Shown here: positions 54,798 to 64,000 of the stretch, piece by piece | Position numbering within the stretch: the first letter of the stretch is position 1 | How the letters are laid out: each line of letters begins with the position of its first letter | NCBI GenBank assembly: GCA_001600695.1 | Contig: BCKQ01000003.1 | Location: 1,766,392-1,830,391 of the forward strand | DNA from: Ascoidea asiatica JCM 7603 | Lineage: Eukaryota; Fungi; Ascomycota | Direction of reading: 5' to 3' | Length of the DNA: 64,000 nt | The notes under the pieces: generated by a model | Database searches by the model: none | Told to the model about the DNA's origin: nothing | What the model saw: the letters and a program-made list of their open reading frames with translations, nothing else | Position numbers and translations under genes: made by a program

Positions 54798-55650
54798 TGT
54801 TTTGAATTTAATGAATTTTTAAGAAAAGTTTAAATAATAATTTCAATTTTAATGATAAAATATAAATATTCTTTATTTATCCAGTAGATTAAAAGTGAAG
54901 AATTTATATAAAATTAAGAATTGATTTGTCTACTTCGATTAATTCTCATGGGTAAGAAAAGTAAATAAATAAGTTGTTTGAAATCATTGAACTATTCTTT
55001 GAAGTATTCATAATTATTATTCAATATTATTCAATCATTAATTATTCATTACTGTAATCATTTTCTTCGTTGATTTATTTATTCGAATCTTAATTAATAA
55101 AGGTGTTGTTGATTAATTCGGTATTTGATTCATCGAATAAATATTCTCCAGTCCTGTAGCCCAGTCATTATTAACCTTCACACTGAAAACCTCAGCCAGT
55201 GATTCGTACGGCGCAAACTCAGCGGGGGAAACACAAACCGGCGCAGAACCAGTGGAATGGGCCGGCAGTAACGGTAAAAATAGTTATAGTAGGGTAACCA
55301 TCGAAACACCTCAGAATTTTAAAGAATTAAACACAAAACGAACCCAGGGTGATTTTACCCAGAGGATGATGCTAACGATAACGATACTTCTTTATTTATG
55401 CTGGTAAAAAGCTGTTATTTTTTATGAAGAAATATTGAAAAAGATTTATTTAATTAAAAACTCTAAAAAAATATATACTCTAGTTAAGAAACGTTATGAA
55501 ATCATCAAGGGTAGTAATAGTAGCTACTAATAGTAAAAACAAAAATAATAGAAAAAACGAAAATGTTTGAAAATGTAATTTCGGATAAAAGTAAAATCGG
55601 AAAAACTGAAAAAAACCTGAAAATCGGAAAAACTAAAAGAATGAGTGAAT

Positions 55651-56919
55651 TTATTCTTCATCTTTAGCTTCTTTAACTTCTTCAATTTTCAATGGTTTTT
55701 GAGGAGATGGAGATAAAATATTTTCGGCATCAATAAGTTTAACTTCTGGATTTAAAATTAAACCAAAACCTGGCAAATCATTAAATATTGAAACATCTAA
55801 ATAACCTTTAACTGGTACTGGTTCATTAGTGAATAAAGCACCAAATACTGGTAATACAGATTTTGAATCTGGAGAATTTGAAAGATATTCATGGAATGGA
55901 GTATTTTCTTGAGAAAGTACAAAATGATATGAATATGGACCAGATGCATGAGGTACAATTGGAATATCATAAGCTGCAGCTTGATGACTTATTTTTAAAA
56001 TTTCTGTCATACCACCACACCACATAATATCAGGTTGTAAAATATTTAAATTTCTACCTTCAATTAATTTTCTAAAACCATATTTTGTATATTCATGTTC
56101 ACCAGTTGTAAATTTCATCCATGGACATGCAGATTTAATTTGTGCATAACCATCAAAATCATCTGGATGTGAAACTTCTTCCCACCAATTAATATCTAAA
56201 TCTTTTGTTTTTGTAACTAATTCAATAACATATGGAACATTTAATGCCATATAACAATCAACCATTAATGGAAAATCTGGTCCAACTGCATCTCTATGTT
56301 TTTTTAAAAATTCAATATTTTTTCTTAAACCAATATGACCTTCATCAGGACCAAATGGCAAAGCAACTTTACCACCCCAAAAACCCATTTGTTTTGCAGC
56401 TTCTGGATCACAACCAGTACAATAAAATTCTAATCTTTCTCTTGTTGCACCACCAATCATTTTATAAACAGGTTCATTTCTAATTTTACCTAATAAATCC
56501 CATAAAGCTAAATCAACAACAGAAATCACAGCAATTGTTATACCTTTTCTACCATAAAACATTGAAGCTCTAAACATTTTATCCCATAATAATGTTAAAT
56601 CTCTTGGATCTGAACCAATTAAAAATCTTAAGAAATGATTTTGAACAATCCAACAAGCAATTGGACCACCAAAACCAGTTGCAAAACCTTTTGTACCATC
56701 GGTTGATTCAACTTCAACACAAAATGATCCTAAAACATTAATACCCCATGAAGTTCTTGATTTTCTATATTCAGGATATTTTGACATTGGATTTGCAATA
56801 TCACTATCAATTAACCAATGACCACCTTCAACATTATGATAATCACCACCAATACCTTTACCTGATAAAAGGTATGTTTTAACTGATTTGATTTTTGGAA
56901 ATACTTTAGTTCCAGCCAT
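55651..56919 (-). CDS. LRA3: L-rhamnonate dehydratase (enolase superfamily)
   Basis: 'GGDYHNVEGGHW..IANPMSKYPEYRKSRTSWGINVLGS', 'LMVDCYM', 'WWEE', 'TGEHEYT', 'QPDIMWCGG', 'VPHASGPYSYH'. Confidence 0.93.
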   Translation of the reverse strand: MAGTKVFPKIKSVKTYLLSGKGIGGDYHNVEGGHWLIDSDIANPMSKYPEYRKSRTSWGINVLGSFCVEVESTDGTKGFATGFGGPIACWIVQNHFLRFLIGSDPRDLTLLWDKMFRASMFYGRKGITIAVISVVDLALWDLLGKIRNEPVYKMIGGATRERLEFYCTGCDPEAAKQMGFWGGKVALPFGPDEGHIGLRKNIEFLKKHRDAVGPDFPLMVDCYMALNVPYVIELVTKTKDLDINWWEEVSHPDDFDGYAQIKSACPWMKFTTGEHEYTKYGFRKLIEGRNLNILQPDIMWCGGMTEILKISHQAAAYDIPIVPHASGPYSYHFVLSQENTPFHEYLSNSPDSKSVLPVFGALFTNEPVPVKGYLDVSIFNDLPGFGLILNPEVKLIDAENILSPSPQKPLKIEEVKEAKDEE

Positions 56920-57850
56920 TTTTATTTTCTTTTTTTATAATATAATAATTGTATAATAATAATACTAATAATAATTGAATTAAAGAAATTAAATAAATTA
57001 TGAAATAGTACAATATAATATAATAAATTAAAGAAGAAATTAACAAATCTTAGAAATGAAATAAATACCCGCAATATTTATATACAAATGAAATAATTCA
57101 AAATATTCAATAATTCAAAAACTCTTGAAAGGTAACTAAAAAATAATTGAAGAATTATGCCGATAATTTGAAATCATCCGAAGTTTGTGAGAAAAAGCAA
57201 GGAAAATAAATGTAAACTGAGACATCATATTAAAACATCAGTTGCTGAGCAGAAAAGTAAATAAAAAAAAGGTAATCAGATCAATAACTTACAACTAATA
57301 GTAACTGTTACTATCACTGACTGCAAATTGTAATGATGAATTTTTCACTGTCAATTGAATTTAACCAAGTGATAATCTGGGGTAAAGGTAAAAGATAACT
57401 CCGACAGTTTGGCATGGAATTTCTGGCGCTGCTGGCGCTGCTTTTGTTGTCTCGCTGCTCGAGCCACAATGCCGGCTTTTCTTTGGCCCGTTTTTTATTT
57501 GGCAAATATCAGGTTTCTGCCCGGAAAAGCGGCGTTTTCTTTCCACGCCCCAAGGATTATCTGTCCCAAGAAATTCATTGCAATGATGTCCCAATTGGAC
57601 TTGTCCTTTGCCCATAATAATTTTCAAAAAGAATCTCTTTAAATTCATTCCATTTATTTCAAAAAAGAACTAAAACAATCAAAACATTAAAACATCAAAG
57701 ATTAGTTAAATAATTATATTATTTATTATATCATTTATTATATAAAAACATAATGAAGCTAATTTCACTTAATAATTTCACTTAAAAATCAAAAACTGTA
57801 AATGGTTTAAAACAAAAAAAAATAACATAACTCATAAAATCTATCATAAT

Positions 57851-60382
57851 CTAAACACCAAGCCAAAATAGTCCTTCATCAACAGTAATCTTACTACTTA
57901 ATGAAATATTATCAGAACTATTACCAACTAAAATTTCATAATCACCTTTTTCAATTGACCATTTTTCTTCATCATTATCCCAATATGATAAAGCATATTT
58001 ATAATCTAAATCAATTTCAACTTTTTCAGTTTCTCCAGATTTAATAAAAACTTTTGCAAAATCTCTTAATTCTTTAATTGGTTTCATAATATGTGAGTCA
58101 TTATTACCAATATAAACTTGAATAACTTCTGAACCATCAAATTTTCCAATATTTGAAACTTCTAATGAAACTGAAAGTAATTTCTTTTTACTATCCATTT
58201 TAACTTTTAAATCACTTAGTTTAAATTCTGTATATGATAAACCAAATCCAAATGGGAATAAAGTTTCTTTATTTAATTTTTCATAAAACTTATATCCAAC
58301 AAATACATCTTCACCATAAACACAATCACCATGACTTGACATAAAGTTCAAATATGCAGGATTATCTTCCATTTTTTTAGGGAAAGTTAAAGATAATTTA
58401 CCTGAAGGATTATAATCTCCAAAAATAATATCTGAAATTGAATTACCTAATTCGATACCATTAAACCATGATTGAATTAAACCTTTAACATCATTAATCC
58501 ATGGCATTTCCATTGGTGTACCAGATTGTGAAACAACAACAATATTTGGATTAACTTTTGAAACTTTAAAAATTAATTCATTAGTTTTACCGGGATATTT
58601 TAAATCTTTTCTATCATAACCTTCTGATTCCCATTCTTGTGTTAAACCAACAACAATAATAACTTTATCAACAGTTTTTGCAATTTCACAAGCTTTATTA
58701 ATTTCATCATCTGAATTAATTCTTTTGGAACATCCAATATTGAAACCACCATTTCCGATACCAAAACCACCAGAAAGGGAAGTATAATTTGCAGTTGCAC
58801 CACTACCAAATAAAATTTTAACAGTATATTTTTGACCTTTTTTAAGTTCAATTGAGCCAACTTCTTCAATTGTTCCGGCTCCAAAAAATGCTTCACCAGG
58901 TGTTTGTTTAGTTTTATTATCAACAACTAAAGTATCTTCAACATATAATAAACCGGTGCCATTAACAACTAAACCAAAATCATAAATTCCATCAGCTTCT
59001 GGTATAAAAATACCAGTAATATCTGCATAAAATGTAGGTTTTTTTGGAATATAAAAATCTGCTAAGAAATTAAAAGATTCAACTAAATTATCCTCATGAA
59101 AAAAACTACGATCTTTTAATTTTGATTCAACAGATTCATAATAATATTTAACATTGAAACCTTTTTCACCAGTAACTGGATTTATAAGTTTTTCACCTAA
59201 TGCAGGTTGTAATTTATGAGAGTAACAACCAACAGCATATTTTGGTTTATGATTTTCATCTAATTTTTGATAAATTGAATCAAATGGTGTTGTTCTGTAA
59301 TATGGTTTTAAAGAAGCTGAACCACCACCACAATATGCACAATATTTAGCATTTGGTCCAATAACTGCAATTGATTCTGAATTTTTTTTTATTGGTAAAA
59401 TATTATCTTCATTTTTCAATAATACAGTACCTTCATTTGCTAATTGTTTTAATAAATTTGAAGTTTCTGGAGTATTATTATTTGCATCTTCAGGTGCATT
59501 TTCTTTAATATCGCTTGTAGAATTTTTTATTAATTTTATTACATTCTTAACTCTTTTATTAAGAGAAGTTAAAGAGACTTCTTTTGATTAAACAGCATTT
59601 TTAACTAAAGCAGGGGTTCTAATCATTGCTTTACCAGGCATTTCAATATCTAAACCATTTTCAATTGATTGTTTAATATAATAACAACCAAACCAATCAG
59701 ACATTACAGTACCATTATAATTCCATTCATCAAATAAAATTTCATTCAAAACATGATTATCTTGAGAACAATGAACACCATTAACTTTATTATATGAGGT
59801 CATAAAAGCATATGGATTTGAATATTTTAAAGCCAATTGAAAAGGTTTTAAATAAACTTCTCTTAAAGCTCTTTCAGATAAAATTGAATTAACAGTTCTT
59901 CTTTCATCTTCTAAATCATTGCAAACGTAATGTTTAATGGTTGTTAAAATATCTTTTGATTGAATACCATTGATAATTTCTGAAGCTATTAAACCAGATA
60001 AAGTTGGATCTTCACTAAAAGATTCAAAACCTCTACCACCATTTGGGCCTCTTTGAATATTAACTGTTGGACCTAAAATAACATGAACACCTTTATGATG
60101 AGCTTCCTCACCCATTAGCTCACCAGCATTTTTGATTAATTCTTTATTGAAAGTCGAACCTAATGAAGTACCACATGGGAAACAAGCAGATGGTATACCA
60201 TTATAAAATTTAGTGCCCCTGACACCATTTGGACCATCAGAAAATCTTAAAGATGGTAAATCTAATCTTGGAACAGGAAATGTATGCCAAAAATCAATAC
60301 CAGAAATTAACTTAGTTTTTTCATCAAGAGTTAATTGATTGACAATATTGTCAAGTTCTGAATCAGATATATTTTTAGCCAT
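57851..60382 (-). pseudogene. Intracellular GH3 beta-glucosidase with PA14 insertion (KmBglI-like), split by one in-frame TAA at 59588-59590
   Basis: 'SDGPNGVRG', 'GGRGFESFSEDP', 'IKHYVCND', nucleophile 'VMSDW', acid/base 'WESEGYDR', FnIII 'PIKELRDFAKV'; the 168 nt between the two ORFs read in frame as SKEVSLTSLNKRVKNVIKLI..LANEGTVLLKNE. Confidence 0.9.
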
Positions 60383-60589
60383 TTTGAAATAATTAATATA
60401 CTTTTTTAAAAAGAAAAAGAATTTATAGTTTAAAATAATAAACTAGTTTATTAAAGAACTGTAAAGAGAACTAAAAGAAGAAGAAGAAATAAAGAAATCA
60501 TTGGATAAAAAAGAATGATATTCTCCATATTTATACCAGATCTTGAAAAGAAATAGAAATTGAAAAATGGTAACTGTAATGGAGATGGA

Positions 60590-60752
60590 AATGGGGAAAT
60601 TGCTGCTTATTGCTCGGTGCGATGAAACTCCAGCCATTACACGCTCCGTTGGCTACTATTGAGAACATCCCGATAACAGATTTCAATCCTGATTAAATAT
60701 TTCATACAAAATTCCGACCAAAATCCGGGGAAGATTTTTCATTCCCCGGACT
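60590..60752. promoter_or_regulatory. Putative Mig1/CreA-type GC boxes upstream of the GH3 gene
   Basis: AAATGGGG ~60590, AAATCCGGGG ~60721, CCCCGG ~60744; similar ATCTGGGG ~57375 upstream of LRA3 and GCGGGG ~55222 upstream of LRA2. Confidence 0.4.
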
Positions 60753-61076
60753 GCTGTATCTGGATGCAGAATTATACTTCAATTGGAAATGGCAGATTTT
60801 TTTAGCAAATCTTTCTTCAGAACTCAAGATAAAAATTATTAAATTAATAAAAATAGAAACAACTCTATATTCTAAATGAAACACAAAAAAAGTTATTAGA
60901 TTAAAGAATAAATGAATTAAAAAGAATACAAAACTACCAAGATAAAAAAAACATAAAAAATGAATGAAATGACAAAAAAAAAGAAAAAAAAAAAGAATTA
61001 ATCAATCAATCCACCAATCATCAGCAAATCAACTAACAATTCAATCATAATGCACAACGTTTAAACAAATAATAAA

Positions 61077-62870
61077 TTAACACCAAAAGTGTAATCTTCT
61101 ATAAAAAATATTTTTAGATGCTAAAACTCTTCTTTCTTCTTTAAGTTCTTCTTTTAATGTATCAAAATCTATTTCTCTTCTTCCAGTATCTAAATCAATT
61201 TCACTTAATGGTATGTAAAATCTCCAATTTCTTTTCCATAATTTATGGAATACATAAAATGCAATTGTTACTGGAACTGCTAAGTAACATTGAAAGAAAT
61301 ATGATGCGCTTGGTTTAGTTGATCCAACTGGATATAATCCAATCCAAAATTGTGATATTAAAATTAAGAAATTGAACATTAATCCAAGATATGATCCAAT
61401 TACTCCACTTGGTGATCTGAAAACTAATTCATCTACATTTCTACCTTGAAATTTTAAAGCTGCTCTAAATCTTATATGACTTAAACAGATTGCACCCCAT
61501 GTGAAAATTACCGATAATCCAGATAATGCTAATAACCAATTGAATACATCACCTTGTTTTGGACTTGCAGCTAAATATCCCAATAAACCAATAATTAATG
61601 TAAAAATAAGTCCAATTAAAGGTCTACCTTCTCTATCAATATATGAAAACCAATTTGGTAAAAATCCTTGTGCGGATAATGAAGCTAATGATCTTGATGA
61701 TGCAAATACAGATGCTGATCCAACACTAACTACAGAAATTAAAATTACTGCATTAAATATATCTGGTAAAACTTTTATACACCCATTTTCAATTGCAATA
61801 ACAAATGGTGAAGCAGATGCATCATAAGAACTTGAACCAATTAATCTTGTTGAATTATATGGTACTAACAAACCAACCATTGTTAATGAAAATAAATAAA
61901 CTAAAGATATACTCCAAAATACTTTTTTAATTGAGCTTGGAATTGTTTTTTGTGGATTATTTGATTCTGCAGCTGCTAAACCAGTTAATTCAGTTCCTGA
62001 AAATGAAAATGCAGCAGTAACGAATACTGTACAAACACCTTTGAAATCAGAAGCAAAAGCACCTGGATTTCTCCAATATTTACCACCAATAAATTCACCA
62101 TTTTTTGTACCCCCACAAGTTAAAATTATACCTAGAATTATGAAACCAATAACAGCAATCATTTTAATAACTGAAAGCCAGAATTCAGCTTCACCATAAT
62201 ATCTTATATTACAAAAACACATTAATACAGTGAAAATATAAAAAACTGTAACCCAAACAGCAGAATTAACACTTGTTGTCCAATAATTCATAATTATTGA
62301 GGCTGTAACTAATTCTAATGGTAAAACAATTAACCATTGAAGCGCATAATTTAAACCAATTGCAAATGAAAATGAAGGACAAACAAATCTTGTTGTATAT
62401 ACAGTGAATGCACCAGAAACTGGAAATGTTGCACATAATTCACCTAAAGCACCCATTGTTGGAAACATTCCTATTGCAACTAAACCAAAACCAATTATTA
62501 AGGATGCAGGACCACCAGTTGAAAGACTTGAAGCCGAACCACAAAATAAACCAGTACCAATAGCACCACCAACACCCATCATAACTAAATGTCTAACAGA
62601 TAAAGTTTTAGATAACTGAGCATTTGCGGTATTCAAAGCTGCTTTTTCAATATCACTTAGATTATTTTCATTTGAAACATTGCCCTCAGCTCTTTTAAAA
62701 GAATCTTTAAATTTATTCCATTTTGATGGATTTGAATTTGAATTAGTATTTGAATTGACTGATAAATTAACCGAGTTTGCAGTTATTTCTGATTGAACTG
62801 GAGTTGGTTTCAAAGAATTTGAACTTGAAACTCCAGAAGAATGATTTTCAACATGTGGAGCAGTTGACAT
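61077..62870 (-). CDS. Yeast amino-acid permease (YAT family, Gap1-like)
   Basis: 'KWNKFKDSFKRA', 'RHLVMMGVGGAIGTGLF', 'YGEAEFW', 'AFSFSGTEL', 'IDLDTGRRE', C-terminal 'FWC'. Confidence 0.92.
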   Translation of the reverse strand: MSTAPHVENHSSGVSSSNSLKPTPVQSEITANSVNLSVNSNTNSNSNPSKWNKFKDSFKRAEGNVSNENNLSDIEKAALNTANAQLSKTLSVRHLVMMGVGGAIGTGLFCGSASSLSTGGPASLIIGFGLVAIGMFPTMGALGELCATFPVSGAFTVYTTRFVCPSFSFAIGLNYALQWLIVLPLELVTASIIMNYWTTSVNSAVWVTVFYIFTVLMCFCNIRYYGEAEFWLSVIKMIAVIGFIILGIILTCGGTKNGEFIGGKYWRNPGAFASDFKGVCTVFVTAAFSFSGTELTGLAAAESNNPQKTIPSSIKKVFWSISLVYLFSLTMVGLLVPYNSTRLIGSSSYDASASPFVIAIENGCIKVLPDIFNAVILISVVSVGSASVFASSRSLASLSAQGFLPNWFSYIDREGRPLIGLIFTLIIGLLGYLAASPKQGDVFNWLLALSGLSVIFTWGAICLSHIRFRAALKFQGRNVDELVFRSPSGVIGSYLGLMFNFLILISQFWIGLYPVGSTKPSASYFFQCYLAVPVTIAFYVFHKLWKRNWRFYIPLSEIDLDTGRREIDFDTLKEELKEERRVLASKNIFYRRLHFWC

Positions 62871-62930
62871 TTTTTTAAGTATTTTACTTCAAAATTATTC
62901 AATAAAATAATTTGATAATTAAGCAAACTG

Positions 62931-62932
<2 letters not shown>

Positions 62933-62963
<31 letters not shown>
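62933..62963. repeat. (AT)n microsatellite about 60 bp upstream of the permease ATG
   Basis: Perfect run of about 15 TA units. Confidence 0.9.
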
Positions 62964-62966
<3 letters not shown>

Positions 62967-63913
62967 TATAAAAATTTTATGTTATAACTTTAAGTGGAAT
63001 ATTTAATATATCTTTATAAATTTATGAAAAGTTTAAAAAACATTAAAAGAAAATGAATAGATTAATCTTCTTTTATATAATTTGTTAAACCATTTTATTT
63101 ATTTTATATTTAGTATTGTAATTATTCATATTTAATATTTTGAATATTTTTTTTTGTCAAATATGACTTAGTAAAATGTTTAGACAAAAAACAAAAATAT
63201 TAAAATAGAATTTTGATAAAGATGAAATAAAATGTGTAATTTTAATTTTTGAAATTTTGAAGAACAAAAAATTTTATAATTTAATAATATTAAAGTTTCT
63301 CTTGCTCAAAGAAAAAAAAGAAAAAATTTTAAGAACCAAATTTTAAAATAAACTTCTTAAGAACTTTAAAATAAAATTCTTTCAAATTTTTCTTTTTCGA
63401 TTGCTATTGCTTTTTATTCATTCTCTTAAATAAATTTTCGTTATGCTTTCTTAAAAGCAATAACTAAATTGAATGGCATTTTCATTAAAAAATTGAATTT
63501 TTTTCTTTCTTTGCTTTTCAATTGTTTTTCACTATATTAACTGTTCTAAGTCTGAGTTTGAAAAAGCAATAATTAGCCATTAGTTTAACACTTTTATGAA
63601 TTACGCAGACTATAGATAATAAACGAAATTTGAAATTAAATATTCGGAAAAATTTTCAAAAGCTTAGAATATGAAATTCAACTAAGATATTCCAGTGAAT
63701 CACAATGTATTTCTAAAGTATTTCATTATTATTTATTATTATTTCATTTTTTTTTTCGTTAAAATTCAAATTGCATCCACAGTAAAATTCCATTTTAAGG
63801 GCTATTCAATTTCAACATACAATCTAATCTGTGAAGGCACACGCAACACAGCCGTCGAGCTAAAAAAGCCGACTGTTTGGTAAGGGAATAGGATCATTCA
63901 ACCTCTGACCCGC

Positions 63914-63933
63914 ACACCCAACACCCATACTTT
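63914..63933 (+). promoter_or_regulatory. Rap1-type site (ACACCCA ACACCCATAC)
   Basis: ACACCCATAC at 63921 matches the Rap1 consensus core, preceded by a half-site at 63914; lies in a GC-rich UAS-like island. Confidence 0.45.
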
Positions 63934-64000
63934 GTACCAGCTCATGGCCAGCTTCTTGGCGCGACTGGCTCACGTCGCTAATCAAAAGGCAACACCAGCC

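Noticed and set aside
57314-57648. Four overlapping short ORFs between LRA3 and GH3
   Set aside because: GC-rich promoter island with fewer stop codons; no resemblance to LRA1, LRA4 or TRC1.

Overview
Very AT-rich, almost intron-free eukaryotic DNA from a budding yeast (Saccharomycotina). Long (AAT)n poly-Asn inserts suggest an Ascoidea-like lineage, but that is only an inference. About 23 protein-coding loci, in order: NAB2, MRPL3, HIR1, TYW1, VPS45, RAD55-like, an SPC110/PACT-like gene, an OPT2-like transporter (frameshifted), UME6-like, BNA5, VPS30/ATG6, SPB1, CSE4, YTA12, RBA50, RDS3, TAF1, RAD9, SLX4-like, LRA2, LRA3, a GH3 beta-glucosidase (in-frame TAA) and a GAP1-family permease. No tRNA, rRNA, transposon or CRISPR was supportable. 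Most notable: (1) remodelled checkpoint/repair proteins: Rad55 with degenerate Walker motifs and a ~750-aa SQ/TQ tail, Slx4 lacking its SAP and Slx1-binding C-terminus next to RAD9, and Rad9 with tandem SQ-TP-x-NPF repeats; (2) CENP-A ending in TGA where relatives have a hydrophobic tail; (3) an LRA2-LRA3-GH3 sugar-catabolism mini-cluster with shared promoter motifs; (4) two singly disabled nutrient-acquisition genes; (5) Nab2 with 5 rather than 7 zinc fingers. All gene calls come from recalled family motifs; no database search was run.
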